Shown here piece by piece: positions 26,961 through 35,663 of a stretch of DNA of 51,924 nucleotides. Numbering within the stretch: the stretch's first letter is position 1; each line of letters opens with the position of its first letter. The notes below the pieces were generated by a model. It did not search any database. It was not told where the DNA came from and saw only the letters and a list, made by a program, of their open reading frames with translations. Both the position numbers and the translations under genes were made by a program. Origin of the DNA: Myxococcota bacterium (lineage in GTDB: Bacteria > Myxococcota > XYA12-FULL-58-9 > JALHOP01); the NCBI GenBank assembly GCA_041288095.1, contig JBGGMJ010000210.1:1-51924 (forward strand), read 5' to 3'.

Positions 26961-28250
26961 TTGGTAGAGCCCGTCGTCATCCTCGGAGCTGGCCTCGCCG
27001 GCCTCACCTGCGCCCTCGAGCTGGGCAGCGGCTATATCCTCCTCGAGCGCGATGCCGCGGTCGGCGGCACTGCCCGAAGCACGCAGCTCCACGGGTTCAC
27101 CTTCGACGTGACGGGGCACTGGCTGCATCTGTCGGACCCGGAGGTGAAGACGCTGGTCACGGGGCTCATGGGCGACGACCTCGTCCGGGTGGCGCGACGC
27201 GCCGAGGTTCATTCGCACGGCGTCCGCACCCCCTACCCATTTCAAGCCAACACCTACGGGCTGCCCGCCGAGGTCGTCGCCGAGTGCGTGCTCGGCTACT
27301 TCAAGGCCCGCGAGCTCGAAGCCAAGGGCGCGCATCCGCCGGCGCGCACCTTGGAGGACTTCATCCGCCAGCGCATGGGTGACGGCATCGCCCGGCACTT
27401 CATGATCCCTTACAACACAAAGCTGTGGACCGTGCCTCCATCCGCCATGGCGCACACCTGGTGCGGCCGCTTCGTACCGGTACCTACTCCGGAAGAAGTG
27501 GTGATGGGGGCGCTGACGCCGCGGGGCGCAGGGCATGCGCTGGGCTACAACTCGTCGTTCTATTACCCGAAGAGCGGCGGCATTCAGACCCTGGCCGATC
27601 GGCTGGCCGCGAAGCTCGGCGAAGCGCCACGCTTGTCGACGAGCATCGACCGTATCGACACCTCGGCGCGGACCGTGAACGACACTGTCCGCTACAGAAG
27701 TCTCGTGTCGACGCTGCCGCTCACCGAGCTGGTGAAGCGCATCACCGACGCCCCCGAGAGCGTTCGCCAAGCTTCGGCGAAGCTCCGCTCCACCAGCGTC
27801 ACCTACTGGAACGTCGGCTTCCGTGGCGCCAACGGCCCACACGACGCTCATTGGGTCTACTTCCCCGAGGCGAGCGTGCCCTTCTATCGCGCCGGCAGCG
27901 CCAGCGCCGCGCTCCCGAGCCTCGCGCCCGCGGGGCATCGCTCGTATTACGTCGAAGTGGCCCATCGCACCGGCACGGCTTGCCCGGTCTCGGATGCCGA
28001 GATCCTCGCCGGCATGCGCGAGGTCGGTCTCGCGGCCCCGGGCGACACCCCCGTGCTCATCGAGCGGCATACGGTGCCCATCGCCTACGTCATCATGGAC
28101 GACGACTACGGCCCGGCGCGCGCCCACGTCCTCGAGTGGCTCGCCGCGCGCGACATCCACTCGGTCGGCCGCTACGGCGCTTGGACCTACGACTCGATGG
28201 AAGGCGCCATGGTACAAGGGCGCGAGGCCGCGAGGCGGCTGCGAAAGTGA
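26961..28250 (+). CDS. FAD-dependent oxidoreductase (protoporphyrinogen oxidase/UDP-galactopyranose mutase-like)
   Basis: ILGAGLAGL, VGGTARS, FDVTGHWLH, PYNTKLW, GRYGAWTY. Confidence 0.88.
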   Translation: MVEPVVILGAGLAGLTCALELGSGYILLERDAAVGGTARSTQLHGFTFDVTGHWLHLSDPEVKTLVTGLMGDDLVRVARRAEVHSHGVRTPYPFQANTYGLPAEVVAECVLGYFKARELEAKGAHPPARTLEDFIRQRMGDGIARHFMIPYNTKLWTVPPSAMAHTWCGRFVPVPTPEEVVMGALTPRGAGHALGYNSSFYYPKSGGIQTLADRLAAKLGEAPRLSTSIDRIDTSARTVNDTVRYRSLVSTLPLTELVKRITDAPESVRQASAKLRSTSVTYWNVGFRGANGPHDAHWVYFPEASVPFYRAGSASAALPSLAPAGHRSYYVEVAHRTGTACPVSDAEILAGMREVGLAAPGDTPVLIERHTVPIAYVIMDDDYGPARAHVLEWLAARDIHSVGRYGAWTYDSMEGAMVQGREAARRLRK

Positions 28251-28966
28251 CGCGTCTGAAGCTCTCGGTGATCATCCCGGTCTACAACGAGGAAGCCATC
28301 CTCGAGACCGCGGTGCGCGGCTTGGTGGGAAAGCTCGCGCAAGAAGGCTTCGCGTACGAGCTCATTCTCTCGGAGAACGGCAGCACCGACGCGACCCTGA
28401 CCATCGCCCGTGAGCTCGCCCGCGAGCTGCCGCACATCCGCGTCCTGCATGGTGACGCACCCAACTATGGCCGCGCCCTGCGCCGAGGCATCGAGGAAGC
28501 GCGCGGCGAGCTCGTGGTCTGCGACGAGATCGACCTCGGCGACATGGACTTCTATCGGCGCTCGATCGCGATGCTCGACGGCGGCATCGATCTGGTGGTG
28601 GGCTCGAAGCGCCACCCCGAGAGCGACGACTCGCGTCCACTATTACGGAAGGCCGGAACCGCCGTAATCACCACGCTGCTGCGCGTCTCCGTCGGCTTCA
28701 AGGGGACCGACACCCACGGCCTGAAGGCGTTCCGCAGATCCGCGCTCATGCCCATCGTCGCGAAGTGCGTGGTCGAGCACGACATCTTCGCGAGCGAGCT
28801 GGTCGTGCGGGCGTCACGCGCCAAGGTCGAATCACGCGAGATCCCGCTGCGCGTCCGCGAGATCCGTCCGCCGTCGATTCACCTGGTGCAGCGCGTACCG
28901 CGGGTTCTGAAGAACCTGGTGCGGCTCGCCCAGGTCATCCACTTCCCCCCGGACGATCAGGCGTGA
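28247..28966 (+). CDS. Glycosyltransferase family 2
   Basis: Start moved to GTG 28247 (overlap with upstream stop); SVIIPVYNEE, ENGSTDAT, DTHGLKAF. Confidence 0.92.
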   Translation: MTRLKLSVIIPVYNEEAILETAVRGLVGKLAQEGFAYELILSENGSTDATLTIARELARELPHIRVLHGDAPNYGRALRRGIEEARGELVVCDEIDLGDMDFYRRSIAMLDGGIDLVVGSKRHPESDDSRPLLRKAGTAVITTLLRVSVGFKGTDTHGLKAFRRSALMPIVAKCVVEHDIFASELVVRASRAKVESREIPLRVREIRPPSIHLVQRVPRVLKNLVRLAQVIHFPPDDQA

Positions 28967-29883
28967 GTGTGCGCGCGGTCGCCTTGACCATCGACATGGA
29001 CGGGGTGGCCGAATACGCGCGGCTTCACGGCATCGCGCGCCCGTCGGCCGACCCACTGCTGATGTACCGGGCACCACTCGCGAGATTCGCGGCGCTCTGC
29101 GACAGCTTGGGCGCGCTGGGTACCGTCTATGCCATCGGCCGGGACGTCGAGGCAGGCGCCGGCGAGCTGCTCACGCCTCTGGTGGCGCGCGGCTTCGAGG
29201 TTGGAGCCCACTCGTTCGCGCACGACTACGCGATGGCGGACCGCGACGTGCCGTTCGTCTATGACGACGTATCGCGCGTGCGGCGCGCCATCGAGATCGC
29301 CGTCGGACGAGCGCCCTCGGGTTTCCGCGCTCCGGGCTACCTGCTGAGCACCACCATCCTCGACGCGCTCGAGGCCCTGGGCTTCGACTACGACTCTTCG
29401 GTGCTGCCGAGCCCGAGCTACTACGCGTTGAAGCTCACGGTGCTCGCCGGCTACCGCGCCATCGGGCGCGACTTCGGCTCGAGCTGGAAGACCCCGCGCC
29501 TGGGGCTCGCGCCGACACAACCCTATCGCCCCTCGGTGAAGCCGTACGAACGGGGGAACCGTAAGCTCATCGAGCTGCCGATCGCCGTGACCACCGCGGC
29601 GCGCCTGCCGCTCACCGCCGCTGCCATGGTGCTCGCGCCGCGGGCGCTGCGCCGCTTCATGATGCGGAGCCTCGCTCCGCGCGACGTCGTCATCGTGAAC
29701 TTCCACGCCATGGATCTGGCGGACCCGAGCGTCGACGAGATCCCGCCCGAGCTCGTCCGCTATCAGCCCGAGCTGCGTATCGCCGTCGACGAGCGCCTCG
29801 AGCGTTTGCGTGAGAGCCTCGCTGGTCTGCTCCGCGATCGCGCACCGATGACCTGCGCGACCATCGCGCGTGCTTTCGTCTGA
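28963..29883 (+). CDS. Polysaccharide deacetylase family protein
   Basis: Start GTG 28963; LTIDMD, HSFAH, GFRAPGY, YDSSVLP, NFH. Confidence 0.9.
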   Translation: MSVRAVALTIDMDGVAEYARLHGIARPSADPLLMYRAPLARFAALCDSLGALGTVYAIGRDVEAGAGELLTPLVARGFEVGAHSFAHDYAMADRDVPFVYDDVSRVRRAIEIAVGRAPSGFRAPGYLLSTTILDALEALGFDYDSSVLPSPSYYALKLTVLAGYRAIGRDFGSSWKTPRLGLAPTQPYRPSVKPYERGNRKLIELPIAVTTAARLPLTAAAMVLAPRALRRFMMRSLAPRDVVIVNFHAMDLADPSVDEIPPELVRYQPELRIAVDERLERLRESLAGLLRDRAPMTCATIARAFV

Positions 29884-29886
29884 GCC

Positions 29887-30684
29887 CTATTCGTAGCCGT
29901 AGTTGGCGATGAGCGTCACGCCCGGGGCCACCTGCGGCTGATTGGGCGCTCGGGGGCCGTTCAAAAGAATGGCGGCCGCGTCGGGGAAGACGCGCTTGTA
30001 GTCGTTGGCGTTCGCCGGCTGCGTGTCGACGGTGGCGACCACCCGGCCGTATTGACGCAAGTAGGTGACCAGCTGCTGCTTGAACGTAGCGTCCGGCGTC
30101 TGCTGCGTCGGCTTCAAGACGACCTCGGTGCCGGCGATTCCGATGGGGAATCCGTGATCGCGGAGAGCCTTGACCGTGCCGATGAGCTGCCGCGGCACGT
30201 CACGCGAGCTCACATAAACGATGCGCGCGCCGTTGGTGTAGAGGTTGCGTACGAAAGTGACGGCTCCGGACACTGGCTCGTCGTACTTCACGTAGTCGTC
30301 GTCGAAGAAGTGTTGCGACCAGAAGACCGCCGCGTTGTTCACGACCGCCTGCTCGGTGACGCCAGCGCGGCTCAGCGTGTCCGTGAGCATGTAGCCGATC
30401 ATCGAGGGCGGCAATGAGCTCAGGCGTTGAGCGGCGTCGGGCCTCGCGGTACGCAGCTCGGCGTCGGCGTACTCGCGCAGGATGTGCGCCGTGCGCGCGC
30501 GGCTGTCGAAGATGGCGCCGTCGAGGTCGAACACCACCATGGGCCGCTCGGTCTTGTTGTAGGCGATGCGCGCGTCGTCCGTGACCTTGCGGAATACCGC
30601 GGTGGCGGGAAGCGGCGCGACGGTCTGAGCGCCGGCTGACGACGTCACGGCGAGCACCACGACGAACAAGAAGGACTTGCGCAT
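29887..30684 (-). CDS. Secreted HAD-superfamily (acid phosphatase-like) protein
   Basis: Start at ATG 30684 gives signal peptide MRKSFLFVVVLAVTSSAGA; VFDLDG motif I; YVSSR; LKP. Confidence 0.82.
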   Translation of the reverse strand: MRKSFLFVVVLAVTSSAGAQTVAPLPATAVFRKVTDDARIAYNKTERPMVVFDLDGAIFDSRARTAHILREYADAELRTARPDAAQRLSSLPPSMIGYMLTDTLSRAGVTEQAVVNNAAVFWSQHFFDDDYVKYDEPVSGAVTFVRNLYTNGARIVYVSSRDVPRQLIGTVKALRDHGFPIGIAGTEVVLKPTQQTPDATFKQQLVTYLRQYGRVVATVDTQPANANDYKRVFPDAAAILLNGPRAPNQPQVAPGVTLIANYGYE

Positions 30685-30728
30685 GCGAAAGACCCTACTA
30701 GGCCCGGCGGCAGCGCTCAAAAAAACGC

Positions 30729-32234
30729 TCACGCCGTGGCGGTACGCAGGAGCGTGCGGCTGTCGATGGGCTTGGTGAGGTGCGAGTCGAAGCCGGCCTC
30801 GAGGGCTCGTGCCTTGTCCTCGGATCTACCGTAGCCGCTCACCGCCACCAGCGTCACCGAGCTGCCGAGGCGCTGGCGTGCGGCGCGGGCGATGGCATAG
30901 CCGTCCAGGCCGGGAAGACCGATGTCGATGAAGGCGACCTGTGGTCTGGTCGACAGCAAGAGATCGAGCCCCTTGGCACCGTCTCCGGCCACCGCGATCT
31001 GATGCCCAGCTCGCTCGAGGAGCGTCTTCATGGTCTCGCGCAAGTCTTCGCTGTCTTCGATGACGACGATGGTGCGCTGTTCGTGCGATGTCGCTGGCAT
31101 GTCGCTGTCGGCCTCCGTCGAGACCGGCTGAGTCATGGGTAAAGTCACCGTGAAAGTGGCGCCCTGACCGACGCCGCCGCTCGCGGCTTCGATACGACCG
31201 CCGTGAAGCTCGACGAGGCTCTTGGCGAGAGTCAAGCCGATACCCATCCCACCCTGCGAGCGCGCCAGTGCACTGTCCGCTTGAACGAACATATCGAAGA
31301 TGCGTGAGAGCATCTCGGCGGCGATGCCGATACCGTCGTCGCGGAAGGTGATGCGGACATCGGCTTCGACGCGCTCGACCGAGATCATGACCCGGCCGGG
31401 TGGCGGCGTGTACTTCAAACCGTTGGTCAACAGGTTCACGAACACCTGTTCGAGGCGCACCGGATCGCCGCGCACGAGCACGGCCTCCTTCGGCATCGAC
31501 AACATGACGCGCCGTTGGCCCTCGCGGGCTCCGACGTTGTTGATCGTGGCGGTGAGCATGGCGCTCACATCGACGGTGTCTTGCTTCAAGATGATGCGTC
31601 CGCTGGTGATACGCGAGACCTCGAGCAGATCGTCGACCAGCCGTGTGAGATGGCGTGCCTGGCGGGCGATGCGTTCGAGATGGACGTGGCGTGCGATGGC
31701 ATCGGGGTTGTCGTGGCGCAGCACCTCGACGCCGAGGACGACGGCGGCGAGCGGGTTGCGCAGCTCGTGCGAGAGCATGGCAAGGAAGCCGTCGCGTTGC
31801 AGGATGGCACCTTCGGCGGCGTATTGGCGATCGCGGGCCCGCAGCGCGCTCTTCAACGTGCTGGTGAAAGATACAATCTGGAGCGGCCGCTCGATGAACG
31901 TCACATTGCCGCCGGCGAGTAGCGTGTCGAGGCGGGCGGCGCGGCGCTGGGGGAGACGCCTAGGCTGGCGGGCAGTGATGACGATGAGCGGCAAGTCCGA
32001 CCACGCTGGCTGATCGCCGAGCAAGTCGGCCAGGCGCTCGATACCCTGCGCGTCGAACGCCTCTTCCGCGATGACGCAGACTCCTACCCCGCGGCGCGCT
32101 TCGTCGCACAGGGCCGACAAGTTGGCGCACACGGTGACCTCGAACTCAGCGCGGGTGAGAAACATGTGAGCAAGCTCACCGTCGCGGCCCGAGGGTGCCA
32201 CCACCAGGATGCGCGCGCGCATCCGATCACCCAC
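30729..32234 (-). CDS. Hybrid sensor histidine kinase/response regulator
   Basis: FLAMLSHELRNPL, NLLTNGLKY, DDGIGI, GMGIGL; C-terminal receiver DIGLPGLDG...KP. Confidence 0.95.
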   Translation of the reverse strand: MGDRMRARILVVAPSGRDGELAHMFLTRAEFEVTVCANLSALCDEARRGVGVCVIAEEAFDAQGIERLADLLGDQPAWSDLPLIVITARQPRRLPQRRAARLDTLLAGGNVTFIERPLQIVSFTSTLKSALRARDRQYAAEGAILQRDGFLAMLSHELRNPLAAVVLGVEVLRHDNPDAIARHVHLERIARQARHLTRLVDDLLEVSRITSGRIILKQDTVDVSAMLTATINNVGAREGQRRVMLSMPKEAVLVRGDPVRLEQVFVNLLTNGLKYTPPPGRVMISVERVEADVRITFRDDGIGIAAEMLSRIFDMFVQADSALARSQGGMGIGLTLAKSLVELHGGRIEAASGGVGQGATFTVTLPMTQPVSTEADSDMPATSHEQRTIVVIEDSEDLRETMKTLLERAGHQIAVAGDGAKGLDLLLSTRPQVAFIDIGLPGLDGYAIARAARQRLGSSVTLVAVSGYGRSEDKARALEAGFDSHLTKPIDSRTLLRTATA

Positions 32235-33696
32235 CCTTTCGCCTTAGCAAGTCGGCGTTCTCCCCCATGAAGCTGGGCACGCCGGTCAACACCCCTTGAA
32301 AGTTCTTGAGCTGATTGCCCACTAGGGCCCCGCCGTCTCCGAAACCCAGCTCGCGAATCGCGTCCTCGTGCCTGCCGGTGCGCTTCTTCACTACCGAGAT
32401 GGCTTTGCGGATGCTGCCCGCCGCTTCGAAGTAACGCAGCAAGACCACCGTGTCGGCGATGTAGCTTATGTCCACCGGAGCAGCCATCCCTGCGCCCATG
32501 AGTCCGTGCTGCGCCATCACCAAGAAGGTCGCGACTCCCTTGAGCGAGGCGTAGGTCAGGAGCTCGTGGATGTGCAGGGTCAGGAAGGATTCCTGCGGCA
32601 TCGCGGAGAGGTAACCATTCAAGCTGTCGATGACGACCGCGTCGGTGCCGCCGTCGATGGACGCGCGCACTCGGCAGGCGAATTCCCCGGGAGAAACCTC
32701 GGCGGGGTCGACCTGTTCGAGCAAGAGCCGGCCGCTCGCCATGGCCTTGTCGATGCCCATGCCGAGATGACGCGCGCGCGTCACGAGAGTCTCAACCGAC
32801 TCCTCGAAGCAATACATGACCGAGCGTCCGCCATTGCGGGCACTCGCTAGAGCGTAGTGCAAGCTGATCGTCGACTTGCCCGATCCCGCGGGACCGACGA
32901 TCAAGCTCGCGGTCCCGTAATCGATGCCGCCGCCGACCAAGGAATCGAGACCGGCGATGCCTGACGACAAGACACGCTGTAGCTTGCCGCCGCGGTGCTC
33001 CGCCGCCACCAGGCGCGGGAAGACCATCAAGCCGCCTTCGCGGATGACGTAGTCGTGATGGCCGCCGCGGAAAGGCACGCCGCGCAGCTTGGCCACGTGC
33101 AAGCGGCGCCGCTCACCGCCGTATTCCGGCGCCAAGCGCTGCAGGCCGATGACGCCGTGGACGAGGCTGCGCACCTGCTCGTCCGACGTCGGGTTGCTGT
33201 CATCGATGAGCAGAACGGTCGCTTCCTTGCCCACGAAGAAGCTCTTGAGCGCGAGGATTTGTCTGCGATAGCGGAGCGGGTCTTGCGCAAGCAAGCGGAC
33301 CTCGGCTAGCGAGTCGAAGACCACGCGATTTGGGTTGACCCGCGCTACCTCCTTCAGGAGCGCATCGGTGACCTCCTGCAGGTCGACATCGGCCGGATCG
33401 AACAGCGTGTTATCGTTGAGGCCCAGACGCTCGATGGCCGATAGCTCGAAGATGTCGAGCCCCTCGAGGTCCCACTTGTGAGCACCGGCGACCTCGGTGA
33501 TCTCGTCGCGCGTCTCAGCCAAAGTGACGTAAAGACAGCGTTCCCCCTGGCGAACGCCTTCGAGCAGATACTGCAGGGCCAGAGTCGTCTTGCCGACGCC
33601 GGGCTCACCCTGGATCAGGTACATGCGGCGGCGCGGCAACCCGCCACGTAACACATTGTCGAGTCCGGCGATCCCGGTGCGCGCTAAGTGCTCCAT
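32227..33696 (-). CDS. KaiC-like double-domain ATPase
   Basis: Start moved to ATG 33696 (GGAG RBS). TGIAGLDNVLRGG, GEPGVGKT, GPAGSGKS, VVKKR. Stop overlaps the kinase start. Confidence 0.92.
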   Translation of the reverse strand: MEHLARTGIAGLDNVLRGGLPRRRMYLIQGEPGVGKTTLALQYLLEGVRQGERCLYVTLAETRDEITEVAGAHKWDLEGLDIFELSAIERLGLNDNTLFDPADVDLQEVTDALLKEVARVNPNRVVFDSLAEVRLLAQDPLRYRRQILALKSFFVGKEATVLLIDDSNPTSDEQVRSLVHGVIGLQRLAPEYGGERRRLHVAKLRGVPFRGGHHDYVIREGGLMVFPRLVAAEHRGGKLQRVLSSGIAGLDSLVGGGIDYGTASLIVGPAGSGKSTISLHYALASARNGGRSVMYCFEESVETLVTRARHLGMGIDKAMASGRLLLEQVDPAEVSPGEFACRVRASIDGGTDAVVIDSLNGYLSAMPQESFLTLHIHELLTYASLKGVATFLVMAQHGLMGAGMAAPVDISYIADTVVLLRYFEAAGSIRKAISVVKKRTGRHEDAIRELGFGDGGALVGNQLKNFQGVLTGVPSFMGENADLLRRKGG

Positions 33697-33826
33697 CTTA
33701 TTGCTCCGTTGCTTGTAACGAATAGGCATCAAGCGGGCATCGCGCCACACCTGTGGCATTGGAAAAACGAACTGGGTTCTGCGTACCCAGGTGACCACCA
33801 GGCGCCAGCATCGCGGGAAAAAGGGC

Positions 33827-33853
33827 GCAACAACGCATTTGGCGGGCCGATAA
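33827..33853 (+). promoter_or_regulatory. Sigma28-like promoter GCAAC-N14-GCCGATAA
   Basis: Consensus FliA -10 box, 53 nt upstream of ATG 33907. Confidence 0.75.
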
Positions 33854-33906
33854 GTCTCGATGCTAGGCGAATTGCGCCCGGCGCGACTCGAGGACGTAAA
33901 AGCACC

Positions 33907-35106
33907 ATGCGTAGGCTCACAGCGTTGATCTTGCTCAGTTTCGCGGCAGCTTGCGGCTCGGAGCGGGACGTCCCGCCGGGCGCACCTCAAGACGACGACG
34001 GCGGCCCCAGCAGCGCGGCCTTCAGCGCCGAAGACCAAACGCCCGGATTTTACCGCGACGCCTATCGCCTCGTGACCGCGGTCAGCAGCGAGGATCACGC
34101 CACCGCGATCGAGCGTCTCCACTCGCACATCACCCACAAGCTCGAGAGCTCCCCGGAGCTCGACCGCATGCTCGAGCACGATCGCGACACCATTCGCGGC
34201 CTGCTCATCCTGGCCTTGCGCACCATGCAAGCGACCGAGCACCACCCCGAAGTCGCCCACCGCATGGGTGAGTCGATCCTCCAGAAGATTCTCGCGCTCG
34301 ATCCAGCCCGCAAGGTCTGGAACCAGAACAACCCTGGCGACCCGGTCGACATCGCCGAGCCCGGCGCCCGCCTCATCGCGCAGGCGACCGAAGGCGTCTT
34401 GCTCGACGCGGTGAACGCCCCGGTCGACAACTTCGGCAATCCCCTCGTGGGCGGACTGACCGCTGAAGCGGCCGCGCAGTGCGGGACTCCGACCACCCGC
34501 TCGTCGGTGTGGATCCCCGGCCTCGCCGAGCTCACCTGGGTCGACGGTTATTGTCTCCCCGACCAGTATCGCGAGGGCTATTGCGAGCCCGATCGCTACG
34601 TCGAAGGACAATGTTACGACGTCTGGGTCGACGACTGCGCCGGCGGCGAATACGTCAACCAGGGCTATTACGAGTACGTCTGCTACACGAGCACCGACTG
34701 CCAATATCTCTGGCGCAACCGCTGGGTCTGGGTCGGCGGCGGCTGCAACGACGGCTACTGGGACGAAGAGTGCGTCGGCGGTTCATACGAGCCCGGCCTT
34801 TGTTATCCCGACGAGGTCATTGCCGGCGTGTGCATCCCCGGTCGCTACTACTACTTCTATCCCTACGGCAGCTGGGCCTTCCGTGGCGGCGCCAGCAGCG
34901 CCTGTAGCCCGGTCGTGCCGGCGCAGGCGGCAGTGGCGCAGACCAGCGCCAAGATCCTCTCGGGCCGCCTCTCCAAGGACATCGCCGACGACTCGTGGCG
35001 CGCCGCGGTCTTGAACCTGGTCGCGCTGAGCAGCCGCCCGCCCGACGCCGACTACGTGGATGCCGTCCGCCAAATTCTCGAGGCTGCCAGAACGGCAGGT
35101 CCCTGA
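33907..35106 (+). CDS. Lipoprotein with Cys/Tyr/Trp/Gly-rich insertion
   Basis: Start ATG 33907 gives MRRLTALILLSFAAAC lipobox; 12 cysteines with mirror spacing. Confidence 0.8.
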   Translation: MRRLTALILLSFAAACGSERDVPPGAPQDDDGGPSSAAFSAEDQTPGFYRDAYRLVTAVSSEDHATAIERLHSHITHKLESSPELDRMLEHDRDTIRGLLILALRTMQATEHHPEVAHRMGESILQKILALDPARKVWNQNNPGDPVDIAEPGARLIAQATEGVLLDAVNAPVDNFGNPLVGGLTAEAAAQCGTPTTRSSVWIPGLAELTWVDGYCLPDQYREGYCEPDRYVEGQCYDVWVDDCAGGEYVNQGYYEYVCYTSTDCQYLWRNRWVWVGGGCNDGYWDEECVGGSYEPGLCYPDEVIAGVCIPGRYYYFYPYGSWAFRGGASSACSPVVPAQAAVAQTSAKILSGRLSKDIADDSWRAAVLNLVALSSRPPDADYVDAVRQILEAARTAGP

Positions 35107-35114
35107 TTTTTCGA

Positions 35115-35141
35115 GCAACAACCGGAAGCCGCTGCCGAAAA
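35115..35141 (+). promoter_or_regulatory. Sigma28-like promoter GCAAC-N14-GCCGAAAA
   Basis: Same boxes and spacing as the other copies; upstream of AGGAGG RBS and ATG 35166. Confidence 0.7.
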
Positions 35142-35165
35142 CTGATCTGAGACTAGGAGGATGCG

Positions 35166-35663
35166 ATGGAAGCGAGCTCATTTTCCACCAGCCTAGCGAA
35201 GGCCAGCGCTGAAGACCGCAAGGTCTACATCACCAAGAAGAACGGTGATGTCGTCGGTAAAGGCTTCTCGGTCCCCAAGGGTGACTTCTCGCGCTTCCTC
35301 GGCATGAAGGCTCCGACCCCGCAGGAGACCGCCGGCAACGTCGCGGGTTTCCGCGCCATCGAAGTCGCGCTGCAGAAGCAGTTCAATCAGGTCGGCCGCA
35401 GCGCCGTGAAGAACGGTTCGAAGTACACCAGCATCGGTGGCGCCCTCGGCGCTTTCGACAATGAGCCCGGCCGCGAGTTCGATGCCGCGGCGAACGGCCT
35501 GGACGCTATGAAAGACAGCGTCGAGCTCGGTCACGCGATGGGCATGCAGTACCTGGAAATGCAGTACAAGTTCCAGGTCGCGAGCACGAACTATGGCGCC
35601 ATCTCGAACATGATGAAGGCCCGCTACGAGACCGTGAAGAAGTCGCTCGACGGCGTTCGCTAG
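35166..35663 (+). CDS. Hypothetical protein with type III needle/inner-rod-like C-terminal helix
   Basis: MQYLEMQYKFQVASTNYGAISNMMKARYETVKKSLDGVR; strong RBS; no Sec signal. Confidence 0.6.
   Translation: MEASSFSTSLAKASAEDRKVYITKKNGDVVGKGFSVPKGDFSRFLGMKAPTPQETAGNVAGFRAIEVALQKQFNQVGRSAVKNGSKYTSIGGALGAFDNEPGREFDAAANGLDAMKDSVELGHAMGMQYLEMQYKFQVASTNYGAISNMMKARYETVKKSLDGVR

Noticed and set aside
27425..28246. Long N-terminal extension of the GT2 ORF (same issue for ORFs starting at 28765, 37144 and 37958)
   Set aside because: Alternative-frame overlaps with upstream genes; coupled or downstream starts fit better.
30729..33696. KaiC-like ATPase as a circadian clock
   Set aside because: No kaiA or kaiB; KaiC-like ATPase plus hybrid kinase is a common signalling pair.
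33732..33747. Sigma54-like TGGCGCGATGCCCGCT upstream of the KaiC-like gene
   Set aside because: GG-N10-GC spacing fits but the -12 box (CCGC) is poor; could be chance in GC-rich DNA.
33697..34704. N-terminal extension of the 825-aa KaiC-like ORF
   Set aside because: Antisense shadow of the cysteine-ladder lipoprotein; the KaiC domain and RBS begin at 33696.
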